Under the pieces are notes generated by a model, which did no database searches, was not told where the DNA came from, and saw nothing but the letters and a program-made list of their open reading frames with translations. From contig CBDBKM010000010.1 in NCBI GenBank assembly GCA_965206695.1, forward strand, positions 448,001 to 512,000: a DNA stretch of 64,000 bases. Reading direction: 5' to 3'. This DNA is from Chlamydiales bacterium. Lineage in GTDB: Bacteria > Chlamydiota > Chlamydiia > Chlamydiales > JAAZZY01. Shown here one piece after another: positions 50,993 through 61,632 of this stretch; position 1 is the stretch's first letter; each line of letters begins with the position of its first letter. A program made the position numbers and the translations under genes.

Positions 50993-51565
50993 TTAAATAA
51001 TAATTTTTTTACAACCTTTTCGGTAAATGCAAATTATACAATTAGAGATGTTTCTATTTTTCAGAAATCCACGGTTGAAGCACAGGCTTTTGATACTTCG
51101 ATCTCTGAATAATTTAAAATAAAAGTGATTTCTCACTGCAAATTGGTATGAACAAATAATGATATGGTCTGTATCATTAAAAGGGTTTTCTTTGCCGGAT
51201 TCAATTTCTTTTCTGAGCATTTTCGAATCGAGGATTTTAGAAGGTAGTGAAAATTTATCAAAAAGCTCTTGTTCCCATTGTTTTCTTAAGAATGCTGGAA
51301 GAATAAGTAAAATATTTTTTTTCCCTTCCATCCATGTTTGAGCTATAACAAGGCCAGCTTCTATTGTTTTACCCAATCCGACCTCGTCAGCTAGAATAAA
51401 TCCATTTGATAAAGGAGTTTTTAGAGCAGCCAAAGCAGCTCGTATTTGGTATGGGTTTACATCAAGACGCGCATTTGCTATCGAGCGCGAAAGATTATTG
51501 ATATTTCCTGACGCACTTTTTAAGTTAAGTAGATGAGCTTTATATTTAGAATGAAATTTTGTCAT
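50993..51565 (-). pseudogene. Truncated SNF2-type helicase (N-terminal part only)
   Basis: NPYQI, ILADEVGLGKTIEAGL, LRKQWEQEL; ends before the DExH motif. Confidence 0.8.
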
Positions 51566-51693
51566 TTAAAAATATTTAAGATTGTTAATTTTTAAATAAT
51601 AAACAAAATCGTTAATTTAATAAATTAATAAGATTATTTTAATCTTCTATATTGTTTTTGATTTTATTCAATAAATTTATTGTTTTAAATGTG

Positions 51694-51718
51694 TTATCGT
51701 ATTACCATAATGCGATAA
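51694..51718. promoter_or_regulatory. Palindromic operator upstream of higBA (putative HigA site)
   Basis: TTATCGTATTA-CCA-TAATGCGATAA, 10 of 11 bp inverted repeat, 22 bp before higB. Confidence 0.6.
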
Positions 51719-51740
51719 GAATTGAAGATCTGATTTCAGT

Positions 51741-52031
51741 ATGATTATTAATTTCGCTAATGCAATCGCTCAAGATATATTTGATGGAGAAAATTCTAAG
51801 GCATCTAGAAAATTGCCTAGAAATCTTCACAAAAAAGCTCAAATGAAGTTAGATATGATTAATGCCGCATATAAGTTAGATGATCTTCGCTCACCGCCAG
51901 GCAATCGATTAGAGGCTTTGCATAGAAATTATAAGGGCAAGCATAGTATTCGAATTAATAACCAATGGAGAATTATTTTTCGTTGGAATGATGGACAGGC
52001 AGAAGAAGTAGAAATTGTAGATTATTATTAG
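51741..52031 (+). CDS. higB: HigB toxin (RelE/ParE superfamily)
   Basis: DLRSPPGNRLEAL...HSIRINNQWRIIFRW...VEIVDY. Confidence 0.95.
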   Translation: MIINFANAIAQDIFDGENSKASRKLPRNLHKKAQMKLDMINAAYKLDDLRSPPGNRLEALHRNYKGKHSIRINNQWRIIFRWNDGQAEEVEIVDYY

Positions 52032-52040
52032 GAAAAAAGT

Positions 52041-52343
52041 ATGTTACCTAAAAAAAGAAAACCTACACATCCCGGAGTTATTTTATTAGAGGAGTATTTA
52101 GAACCTCTGGGAGTCTCTCAACGTCAGTTTGCTTTACATTTAGGTAAGGGGTGGACACCCCCGAAACTCAATGAAATAATCAATGGCAAACGGGGAATCT
52201 CAGTTGATTCGGCTTTGGATTTGGCTGCTGCCCTTAGAACAACATCCGAATTTTGGCTAAATCTACAAATCAACTATGAGCTTTGGGAAGCGATGAGGCG
52301 TCGTCCAAGAAGACGTATCGAACCAATAGAAATGGTTATTTAG
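52041..52343 (+). CDS. higA: HigA antitoxin (Xre HTH)
   Basis: PTHPGVILLEEYL, NEIINGKRGIS, FWLNLQ; follows the toxin. Confidence 0.95.
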   Translation: MLPKKRKPTHPGVILLEEYLEPLGVSQRQFALHLGKGWTPPKLNEIINGKRGISVDSALDLAAALRTTSEFWLNLQINYELWEAMRRRPRRRIEPIEMVI

Positions 52344-52466
52344 TTTTTTATTATAAATTTAAATTTTAACTAATTAATAAATTATTTTTTAATAAATAAA
52401 CTATTTGATTTAATAAAAGTAGATCTGTGAAAATATGCGTTTAATTAAAATTCTCGCTTATTTTCG

Positions 52467-52703
52467 ATGACGACAATCTCTAACGATCCGACCTTCTTAT
52501 TTAATCGAATGCCCACAACTCTTGAAGAAGCAGAGCAATATGTTCATGATCTTGAATTGATGATTGAGCAGAGCCCGGGTGATGAAGAACTCGTAACAAA
52601 TATCACCACCCATCTTCTTGATTTAAGTCAAAAAGGTGCTGAGGCTTCTACAGATACCAATTTGTTAAATCGCAATATTAAGATCTTAACAGATGAGTTA
52701 TAG
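52467..52703 (+). pseudogene. 5' fragment of a hypothetical (effector-like) gene cut by IS630 copy 7
   Basis: Stop codon is supplied by the IS terminus; MTTISND start. Confidence 0.5.
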
Positions 52704-53634
52704 TATTTTAATTTTTATTTGATAATATGTTATCCTTCTTTTTTTATACAAACAGTAAGGACAAAACAATGCCTAGAGCCTATTCAGTAGATCTTCGAGA
52801 GAAAGTATGACAACATATAGAAAAACATCATGATAAAAAAATAGCCGGCCATATTTTTCAAGTAGGTATCGCAACAATATATCGATGGATCTTGCAAAAA
52901 AAGCAAAAAGGACATTTAAAGCCAATCCGCAGAAAATATGCTTATAAGAAATTAGATGATGAGTTGTTATCTAAATATGTAGAAAAACATCCGGATTATT
53001 TTTTATCGGAAATTGCTGATTATTTTTCAGTCACTCCGCAAACGATTTTTTATGCCCTTAAAAGATTAAAAATTACACGAAAAAAAAACTACTCGCTATA
53101 AGGAAAGAGATGAAAAGAAACGGGAAGCTTTTATGAAAGATTTAAAAAATATTCCCTTTGACAAGAGAATTTATCTCGATGAAACCGGGATTCATCAATT
53201 TTTATTTCGTGAGTCCGGAAGAAGCTTACGCGGCAAAAGAGTTTTTGGAGCGGTTTCAGGAAACCGCTTTATAAGGCAAAATATTATTTCAGCCTTATCT
53301 AAAGGGCAGTTTTTATCTCCAATGTGTTTTGAAGGTACTTGTAATACCGGGTTATTCAATATTTGGCTTAAGGAAGTTTTGACTCCTCAGCTTACACCCG
53401 GTAGTGTTCTTATTCTTGACAATGCCGGTTTTCACAAGTCAGCGGAAAGCAGGAAAACAGTAGCATCTGCCGGTTGTAAGCTTATGTTTCTTCCTCCATA
53501 TTCTCCGGACTTAAATCCTATAGAAAAATATTGGGCTAATATGAAAAATAAAGTTAGAGAGATATTACGAAAAGTTACGAATTTTAAATTCGCCATTGAT
53601 CAAGCAATCTTATCAATGTAAAATTAAATGACTA
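52701..53634 (+). mobile_element. IS630-family element copy 7 (orfA nonsense, A9 at shift site)
   Basis: Same ends; orfA ends KKNYSL. Confidence 0.96.
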
Positions 53635-53940
53635 TACTTACTGCCTAAGGATATTCGAAAACGTATTGAGGTAGCTGCAATTGCGCCAAGCAAGTATATT
53701 GATGATAGTTTATGTAGACATGTTGGTCACTATCTTAGCGAAAATGATACTTTGGTTCCGAACATTGATAAAGAACGTAGAATCGCTGAAAAACAAGGTA
53801 CTGTCCATTTATTGGAACCGGCCTTAGGTTCTTCAGAGAAATTTGATCATGCCTTTTTGAGTGAGACGTATCAAGAAATATTAGCTCATATTATAGATGA
53901 TTTTAAAGATAGAAGTGGAGGATTAATTGATGTGGGGTAA
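53635..53940 (+). pseudogene. 3' fragment of an unknown gene, overlapping the next start
   Basis: Frame open from the IS end (YLLPKDIRKRIE...) to TAA 53940. Confidence 0.5.
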
Positions 53941-54571
53941 ATATTGTCGATTATTTGTTATAATGTGTGTTTTATGCTTATCTTCATGCTCACATAATAT
54001 CAGTGCAGATTCGAATACTCTCCGCCTTAATAAAGCTCTTGATGAAATGGAGAAATCTTTACCTTCTGATCGAAGAAGTATTACTAATGGAATATTAAAG
54101 AATGTCGCATCGACTTTGTCCCAACGATATAATATGAAATGTACCGGTTTTGGCGGAGGGTGGTGTGGTGATAAAATATTAAGTTTAGTATTTACGATCC
54201 ATAGAACAGTGGAAAAAGGCGAAGCTAGAGTCATGTTGGTTGATTGTGTACAAGGGTTTATCTCTAATGTAAATTCTAATGAAGCATTGAAACCTTATTT
54301 AGATGGGTTAGTTTTTACTGAGAAAAATATTCGATTAACAATTTTCGTAAAAGATTCTCAAGGTAGTAGAGTATACTATCCTGATATCTGTGTCTTTGGA
54401 TCAGTAGAAGGAGGTATCAGCTATAAGTTTCAGTCGCCTGAAAAGAAGTACGGTTATGTAGCCAAAGAACACGAAACCTTCCAAGAAGCTCTTTCTATTT
54501 TAAAAGAAGAGAATAAAGACAGAAGTACTCAGTTAGCCTCTAAAGATATTTCTATAACTCAGCAGAAATAG
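53930..54571 (+). CDS. Hypothetical lipoprotein
   Basis: GGAGG RBS, hydrophobic signal peptide and LSSC lipobox. Confidence 0.7.
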   Translation: MWGKYCRLFVIMCVLCLSSCSHNISADSNTLRLNKALDEMEKSLPSDRRSITNGILKNVASTLSQRYNMKCTGFGGGWCGDKILSLVFTIHRTVEKGEARVMLVDCVQGFISNVNSNEALKPYLDGLVFTEKNIRLTIFVKDSQGSRVYYPDICVFGSVEGGISYKFQSPEKKYGYVAKEHETFQEALSILKEENKDRSTQLASKDISITQQK

Positions 54572-54720
54572 AAACTTGAAAAATGGTGCACAAACGGTGC
54601 AGTGAACTTGATAAACAACCGGTATCATCCAACACAAACCAATAGACTTCTAGCTATTTCTTCAGTATAATAATGCTCATTGTGATTGGATATTATTGGT
54701 TAGCTTGGCAATACACCGCC

Positions 54721-54772
54721 CTGTAACTCCGTCTCCTTAAGGATACGGTAGTTCGAATTCAACCGCCCCTCA
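54721..54772 (+). pseudogene. 3' half of a tRNA-Tyr(GTA), attachment-site remnant
   Basis: CTGTAA anticodon loop, long variable arm TCC-TTAA-GGA, GTTCGAAT T-loop, C-rich acceptor strand; no D arm or 5' half. Confidence 0.7.
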
Positions 54773-54841
54773 TATACCGGACTAAAATAGAACTGACATG
54801 TTTAAAACGTGTCGATTTTAATTTTTTGCCTTATTAAAAAT

Positions 54842-55010
54842 TTATTTTATCCGTTGTTGATCTTCATTTTCTCTATTGCTCTTTGAATAAATTTCGATCA
54901 AATAAATTTCATCATTTTCAATGATATAAGCATAGATAACGCGTATACCGTTTCTAGCACCTTTTCCTTTCAGTGCCTTACAAACGATTTTTTTGCTTTA
55001 TATACTGTGG
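54842..55010 (-). pseudogene. RelE/ParE-like toxin C-terminal remnant
   Basis: Manual translation KKIVCKALKGKGARNGIRVIYAYIIENDEIYLIEIYSKSNRENED; frameshift in an A run and 5' truncation. Confidence 0.6.
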
Positions 55011-55019
55011 TGTATCAAA

Positions 55020-55273
55020 GCCAAGATTATCATAGGCTTTAAGGCTATTTTGAGGATTAAGTTCATTTTTATGTATACCTTTTAGTAAGCATCGACCGGG
55101 TTGCCAATCAATGAATTGATTCAATGGTTGTAAACGATTCTTGGCACCTATGTGATGCTTTGCACCCATAATAAAAAAACTGCTCATCATTCAACCCCAT
55201 AAATGAAAGAAAAGTATAGACAATCAATGATTTCTTTAAAAATCATTATTAAGAATCAGTTATGCAGAGGTCT
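55020..55273 (-). mobile_element. IS5-family 5' end remnant
   Basis: Near-identical to 11750-12004. Confidence 0.8.
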
Positions 55274-55534
55274 TTTTTGGTATATTAATTTCCGTTGAGC
55301 TGCCATTAATGCCTCTTCGGTTACTGAATTGATTAGTGAAACAGATTCTTCTGTTCCTTTTACTTCTACTGTTCTATATTTGGGTTTGGTCATTGAAACT
55401 GCAGGGTGTTGTGAAGAGAATTGGGCACGCTTGCTTTCGTATAATTCTTTTGTTGGAATTATAGCTGTTTTTTCATGATAAGGTATAGTTTTAAATGCTT
55501 CATGTTTATTTTTTTTGTTAAGGGACGTGATAGA

Positions 55535-56815
55535 TCAAGAATGCCTTCTACTATCTAGGTAGGTAAAATCCACAGAAGATTTACAATAAGTTTCCCTAAT
55601 AAAAAGTGAAGAAAAGATAAAAGATATAAGAGAAATTAAAATGAGGAGAATAAATACTAATTGATAATCAGGGAGTGTGATTTTTCCTCCTTTTTTTACA
55701 TAATCTAACAATGCTCCTAAAAAGGGTGCGCTAAAAGCAGAAAACAATGTAATCATAGCATTATTTAAGCCAAATCCTACAGCAATAAACTGCCTTTTAA
55801 ACTGTTCTGTAACAGCAGCAAAACCAATGCTCTGACCACTAGCACTAATTCCCAAAAAGAAAAACGCAAATGATAAATAGAGCTCATTAAATGCATAAAT
55901 TATAGAAACGATTGATAGTACTCCTAAAACGGAGGCTATGATCATAATAATTTTTCTACGAAACAAAAGATCCGAAAGGAATCCCAGCAAAGGACAGCCT
56001 ATAGCGTAACCCAGCCAAGAAATTGTGATCATATAAGAAGCTTTACTTAAAGAAACTCCCTTAAGATATAAAAATGAACGCGCTTCATTTTCTGATAAGT
56101 ATTCAATCGTAAAATAAAGCCCTACCGATACAATCGCTATGTACCAAGGCTGAGCCCCAGAAAAAAGTCTTTGAATGGATCTCTTAATGTTTTTAGGGCG
56201 AGATAAAATAATATACTTCCCTGCTTTCGCATTATTATTTGATACAAAGAATAGAACTAAAATAGCTAAAATAACACCGACACCACTTAACATTAAAAAA
56301 ATAAAACGCCAGCTAACATGTGTAGCTTCTGACATGGCATAAAGAGGCCCGGCTCCCAACATAGGCCCTATAGTCCCAATACACTGAGATAAACCTATAA
56401 AAATGGCACTATAACGATGGGGCATCCATTCGTTTACTGAAACCAACAAACAAATAAAAGCAAAAGAAGCACCAAACCCCATCAGCATCCTAAATATCAA
56501 TGCGCAAGAATATGTATGAGACAAAGCAAAGCCAAAAGAGGCTATCGTGCATATAAGTGTCGCAATGAGTAAAGATCTCTTAAGACCAATGGAATTGGTT
56601 ATAATTCCAACAGGCACCTGCATTAGGCCATAAACAATAAAAAACAATGTTGTACTTAAGAGGGAAAATTCAAATACATTTAGATGTAGATCCATCATAA
56701 TTGGATATTGATACGTACCAATTACAGTTCGGATAAAAAATTCATATAGAAAAAAGACAGCGCATATCAACCATACAACAAAACCCTTTAATCTGAATTC
56801 AGTATCTTTTATCAT
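55535..56815 (-). CDS. MFS transporter
   Basis: About 12 hydrophobic segments; YGLMQVPVG, RMLMGFG, GFLSDLLFRRK. Confidence 0.9.
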   Translation of the reverse strand: MIKDTEFRLKGFVVWLICAVFFLYEFFIRTVIGTYQYPIMMDLHLNVFEFSLLSTTLFFIVYGLMQVPVGIITNSIGLKRSLLIATLICTIASFGFALSHTYSCALIFRMLMGFGASFAFICLLVSVNEWMPHRYSAIFIGLSQCIGTIGPMLGAGPLYAMSEATHVSWRFIFLMLSGVGVILAILVLFFVSNNNAKAGKYIILSRPKNIKRSIQRLFSGAQPWYIAIVSVGLYFTIEYLSENEARSFLYLKGVSLSKASYMITISWLGYAIGCPLLGFLSDLLFRRKIIMIIASVLGVLSIVSIIYAFNELYLSFAFFFLGISASGQSIGFAAVTEQFKRQFIAVGFGLNNAMITLFSAFSAPFLGALLDYVKKGGKITLPDYQLVFILLILISLISFIFSSLFIRETYCKSSVDFTYLDSRRHS

Positions 56816-57835
56816 TTAATTTATATAACTATCCGGCTGTTTCTTATCCCATTGTTCTATCACTGATTCAGCTTTATCATAATCAAGAAATGAAGCAATT
56901 TTAAATATCGATAAACCCTCATGTATAATTGGGGATGTATTAATACCCACTACAATCCCTTTTTGATGTGATTTTATAGGTTCTAGAATATCTGCACCAA
57001 AAGGATCGCTGATCACGCCCATTAAGTCATTTTTTTCAACAATTTGTCCTAAAGATACGCTAGAATTTAATATACCTCCTTTATGTGCGACAATCCAATC
57101 CTCGTCTCTAGAAAAAATAGGATTAACTTCTTTCACAGGTTCTTTAGAAAGCATATCTATTGCACGCATAACATTCTTAATCCCATCGACACCTAAAGCA
57201 ATAGCATTTTCATCAAAACGCATCGCTTCCCCTGCTTGGTATACCAACAAAGGTAGTTGAAGTTCTTCTGTAGTTTGCCTTAAGTAATTGCCTTCCAATG
57301 TTACATTTGTAATAACAGGTGATTTAAAAATTTTTGCAAGTTGTCTGGCTTCCGGATTTTTAAAGTTACAGTATACCTGAGGAAGAATGTTATGGTTTAA
57401 ACCACCCGTTTGAAGTTCAATACAATAATCAGCTTTTTTTAATATCTCATTGGTAAAGAGATAAGCTATACGTTCTCCAAAAGAACCGTTTGCATCACCG
57501 GGAAAACAACTCGCTAAATCATCACCCATCGGCAAAGTTGAGGGGTAGTGGGTTAATCCATAAACATTCACAACAGGAATAGCTATGACGGTGCCACAAA
57601 TATTTGATGGAGAGAAAGAAATTATAATTCTATTTGCAATTTCCAGTCCATTTAACTCAATCCCTTTTAGAACCGAGAAAATAACCAAACAGGGACCTTT
57701 CTTAATACCATGAATCACTTTGATTGGCATGTATAAAGGAGAACAAGAATACTGCTCCGGAAGTGGTAATGCAAGGTTTGCTACCTCACCCGGATGAACA
57801 AAAGTATCGCAGATTTTAATCTTATTGTTCTTCAT
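56816..57835 (-). CDS. Succinylglutamate desuccinylase/aspartoacylase (M14-like) family protein, catalytic residues substituted
   Basis: Family-like GPCL, IPVVNVYG, FPG, AGEAMRFD; KGIE, DLASC, IELQT and VYQAG at catalytic positions. Confidence 0.82.
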   Translation of the reverse strand: MKNNKIKICDTFVHPGEVANLALPLPEQYSCSPLYMPIKVIHGIKKGPCLVIFSVLKGIELNGLEIANRIIISFSPSNICGTVIAIPVVNVYGLTHYPSTLPMGDDLASCFPGDANGSFGERIAYLFTNEILKKADYCIELQTGGLNHNILPQVYCNFKNPEARQLAKIFKSPVITNVTLEGNYLRQTTEELQLPLLVYQAGEAMRFDENAIALGVDGIKNVMRAIDMLSKEPVKEVNPIFSRDEDWIVAHKGGILNSSVSLGQIVEKNDLMGVISDPFGADILEPIKSHQKGIVVGINTSPIIHEGLSIFKIASFLDYDKAESVIEQWDKKQPDSYIN

Positions 57836-58004
57836 AAACCTCTATATTCTCCATATTAAAAACAAAATCATTAACTACGTACGTTGCATTATACATTTTT
57901 TATCGATTAATAACTAGTTGTTCTAATCTACCGCTTGTGTTTCAAAAGTTATAGAGAGAACTTGAAAAAATCAAAGGATGGTCCACAATACCTTCGTATT
58001 CGAA

Positions 58005-58124
58005 TGATTGTGGATGATAGCATTCTTTCAAAAACGCATAGTAAAAAAATAGAGATTATAAATGACCAATATTCCGGAGATGTACATGATGTTATAGTAG
58101 GAATCGGTTTGGTAAATCTTTTAT
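58005..58124 (+). mobile_element. IS701-family fragment
   Basis: IVDDSILSKTHSKKIE...GIGLVNLL. Confidence 0.75.
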
Positions 58125-58125
58125 A

Positions 58126-58279
58126 AGACTTCTGCATAACTGATTCCTGATAAGGATTTTTTTAAAAATGCATTAGACTTCTTTCGAAACTCATTGTGCC
58201 ACCTCCAAATTGTAAATGCCGGCAATTAGATTAAAACGAAGAGCAAACCTTTTACGCTTATTTCCGTAACGATCAGTTA
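58126..58279 (-). mobile_element. Displaced ends of two nested IS5-family elements (terminus 58126-58174; C-terminal half of the 61633 element at 58175-58279)
   Basis: Minus strand reads TDRYGNKRKRFALRFNLIAGIYNLE; IR AGACTTCTTTCGAAACT. Confidence 0.8.
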
Positions 58280-59214
58280 TAGTCATTTAATTTTATATTG
58301 ATAAGATTGCTTGATCAATGGCGAATTTAAAATTCGTAACTTTTCGTAATATCTCTCTAACTTTATTTTTCATATTAGCCCAATATTTTTCTATAGGATT
58401 TAAGTCCGGAGAATAGGGAGGAAGAAACATAAGCTTACAACCGGCAGATTCTACTGTTTTCCTGCTTTCCGCTGACTTGTGAAAACCGGCATTGTCAAGA
58501 ATAAGAACACTACCGGGTGTAAGCTGAGGAGTCAAAACTTCCTTAAGCCAAATATTGAATAACCCGGTATTACAAGTACCTTCAAAACACATTGGAGAGA
58601 AAAACTGCCCTTTAGATAGGGCTGAAATAATATTTTGCCTTATAAAGCGGTTTCCTGAAACCGCTCCAAAAACTTTTTTGCCGCATAAGCTTCTTCCGGA
58701 CTCACGAAATAAAAATTGATGAATCCCGGTTTCATCGAGATAAATTCTCTTGTCAAAGGGAATATTTTTTAAATCTTTCATAAAAGCTTCCCGTTTCTTT
58801 TCATCTCTTTCCTTATAGCGAGTAGTTTTTTTTTTCGTGTAATTTTTAATCTTTTAAGGGCATAAAAAATCGTTTGCGGAGTGACTGAAAAATAATCAGC
58901 AATTTCCGATAAAAAATAATCCGGATGTTTTTCTACATATTTAGATAACAACTCATCATCTAATTTCTTATAAGCATATTTTCTGCGGATTGGCTTTAAA
59001 TGTCCTTTTTGCTTTTTTTGCAAGATCCATCGATATATTGTTGCGATACCTACTTGAAAAATATGGCCGGCTGTTTTTTTATCATGATGTTTTTCTATAT
59101 GTTGTCATACTTTCTCTCGAAGATCTACTGAATAGGCTCTAGGCATTGTTTTGTCCTTACTGTTTGTATAAAAAAAAAAGGATAACATATTATCAAATAA
59201 AAATTAAAATACTA
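58280..59214 (-). mobile_element. IS630-family element copy 8 (orfA nonsense)
   Basis: Same ends and ORFs; TA flanks. Confidence 0.96.
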
Positions 59215-59374
59215 TATACCATTCCTTTGTGCATTTATGTAACGGCATTTTTCCGTAACAAAAGAGAAAAATAATACTCGGATTAAAAAAGTTATTTAAA
59301 TAGCGCATTTCTGTTGCGCAAAAATCCTGATAGACCTATTTAAGCTGAAGAATTATATCGTGGGGTGAAAAATA

Positions 59375-60166
59375 GTGATGACTGATCAAAAAAAACCTCT
59401 TTTACAAAAACGACTCTTAGAAATTGAAGCAAATACCTTGGCCCATTTCAAATATTTACCCGCGTTAGCACATTTTCCTATTAAATCCGATATCGATTTA
59501 ACCATCATTAATTGTGGCCTTGGTTCTTCCATGTTTAATATTGTATACGGTAATTTAAAAAAATATTCTTCTTCAATAGGCATTGCAATTCAAGCTATCG
59601 TTGATCAGTTTCAAAATCAAGAGTTTGCTTGGTGGGTACCGCGATCTTTACAAACTAAAACATTAGCATCCGGATTACTACAATTAGGCTTCATTATTGA
59701 ATCTGAAGAAATCGCAATGTGGTGCAAACCGGACTTTAATAGTAAGTTTTCTTCAAAAAAACTCACCATTCAACAAGTACAAACAAACAGACAGCTTGAA
59801 GACTTTATTTCTATCCTTGAAATTTATGACCGCACAGCTCGTAAGTTTTATGAACAACTACCTTTGAAAGCTCTTCAAAAACAAGAAAAACTCTTTATTG
59901 GTTACCATAATGCTCTACCTGTCTGTGTTGCTATTTTATTTATACAAGATCATTCTGCTGCGATCTTTAGCCTAATTACTTGCGAGAATTTTAGAGGGCA
60001 AGGATTTGGCACAGATATGATGCTCTACCTAATGCAACTCTCATCAACATTAGGAGCCACATCTTGCACACTTTCCGCATCTAGTGATGCAGGCTACCGC
60101 ATATATGAACGCCTAGGCTTTACAAGTTATGGTCAATTTGAATGTTTTGAGTGGAAGTTACCATAA
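59375..60166 (+). CDS. GNAT-family acetyltransferase
   Basis: FRGQGFG acetyl-CoA motif, IYERLGF. Confidence 0.88.
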   Translation: MMTDQKKPLLQKRLLEIEANTLAHFKYLPALAHFPIKSDIDLTIINCGLGSSMFNIVYGNLKKYSSSIGIAIQAIVDQFQNQEFAWWVPRSLQTKTLASGLLQLGFIIESEEIAMWCKPDFNSKFSSKKLTIQQVQTNRQLEDFISILEIYDRTARKFYEQLPLKALQKQEKLFIGYHNALPVCVAILFIQDHSAAIFSLITCENFRGQGFGTDMMLYLMQLSSTLGATSCTLSASSDAGYRIYERLGFTSYGQFECFEWKLP

Positions 60167-60189
60167 CGGATGATGTTATAGAAGTAATA

Positions 60190-60345
60190 TCAACTTAGTT
60201 ACCGGTGAATTCCAAGCACCGGAATTTTATAAACAATATGGCTTTGAAGTCACATGTGTGCGTATTAATCGCCATAATCCCAAGTTCAATAAAACATTCT
60301 TCATCAAATACTTTGAAGATAATATGCAATCCCGAGATATGTTAA
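60190..60345 (+). pseudogene. C-terminal remnant of a second GNAT
   Basis: Manual translation EFQAPEFYKQYGFEVTCVR; no start. Confidence 0.5.
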
Positions 60346-60392
60346 CAAAAAATACAAATCATAACATTGAAAAGATCACTCTTTCCCGGAAC

Positions 60393-60885
60393 TATACCCA
60401 TTATGACTCAAAGTGCCGATTTTAGAGGCTGAAAATTATCATTGATTTTTTGAGCCGTTGCATGGGCAATAAGCGGCCAAGTATTTTTAAAAAATCCCGT
60501 AATCGATCGCCTGAATTCTTGAGTAGAAGTAAACAATCGATTATTACGACAATGTTCATTCATTACTTTCCATAGGCGTTCAATGGGATTAAGATTAGGG
60601 CTGTATGCAGGTAAATGATGCAGAATAATATCTCGTTCTTCTGCCGCTTTTCCGGTCTCTATACTTTTATTATAAGGTCCTTAATCTAAGATAAGATGAA
60701 GAATATATGAAGCTGTAGGATATTTAGCGCGAAGCAGATCAAAATGCTTTACCATGGAATTACTGTTGATTTTTTCATATGAATCTATTGTGACATCCAT
60801 TGTCTTCAGGTTAATAGATTCCATAAGATTCATACGTGTTCCGGAAGCCGTTGTTGCTATTAATGTATCAACCAATACGGGCTTG
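60393..60885 (-). mobile_element. IS630-family (third type) C-terminal remnant
   Basis: Minus strand HLILD, LHHLPAYSPNLNPIERLWKVMNE. Confidence 0.8.
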
Positions 60886-61632
60886 TCTATCGATAGCAAC
60901 CTTCGGTAGTACCTCATTATTTAATTTCTCGTATTTGGTTTGTAGGGCTTTATCTCGTTCTTTCCATAAAATTGGCTTTAGCAATTAAATGAGTGGCGTC
61001 TACGAAGCTAAAAACCTCATTCATCACTCCTTGTTTTCTTAGTTGATCTCTTAAGTCAGCGAAAATTTTGGATAGGATCTTTGTCCCTAACTTTACAAAA
61101 AGTGGTATGATCAGGTTCGACTGTTTTTTTCGGGCGTGCTGCTGAAATTACTATAGTTGTATCAAGAAGAGCCCCTTCAGCTTCTTTAACTTTAATTCCG
61201 TGCTTTTCTAATTGCCGGTTAATTTCGCGAAATAAGCGCTCATGAAGCCCTTTATGAATGATGGTATTCCTAAAGCGGCATACGGTTGTTTTATCCGGCG
61301 TATCATCTTCTATTTCAAAACCTGTGAACAACATAAAGTCCAAACGGACCCTTAAGGCTTCTTCTAAAGCAGGCTCGCTTAAGCTGTGCCGGTGACCCAA
61401 TAATATCGACTTAAACAGGGCAAGATTATCAAAGGCTTTGGGGTCACCTTGAGGGTTAAGTTCATTTTTATGTATGCCTTTTAGTAAGCATCGACCGGAT
61501 TGCCAATCAATGAATGGATTCAATTGTTATAAACGATTCTTAGCACCTATGCGATGCTTTGCACCCATAATAAAAAAACGGCTCATCATTCAACCTCCCA
61601 AAATAAATGGAAGAAAAGTATAGACAATCAAT
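60886..61632 (-). mobile_element. Chimeric IS5-family remnants
   Basis: LEEALRVRLDFMLFTG, TPDKTTVCRFR and LLDTT fused to PDHTTFCKVR of the other IS5 type. Confidence 0.75.

Noticed and set aside
50993..51565. Functional anti-phage system (DISARM or restriction helicase)
   Set aside because: Only Walker A and motif Ia remain; no DExH box, C-terminal helicase domain or partner genes.
52467..53940. A single gene split by IS630 copy 7
   Set aside because: Removing the IS and one TA gives ...DELLTA-stop. The frames join only with a 4-bp TATA duplication, which the empty site at about 60971-60985 contradicts. The flanks probably come from different loci.
54690..54775. Functional tRNA-Tyr
   Set aside because: No D arm or 5' acceptor strand, the anticodon stem cannot pair, and the T stem is mismatched; treated as an attachment-site remnant.
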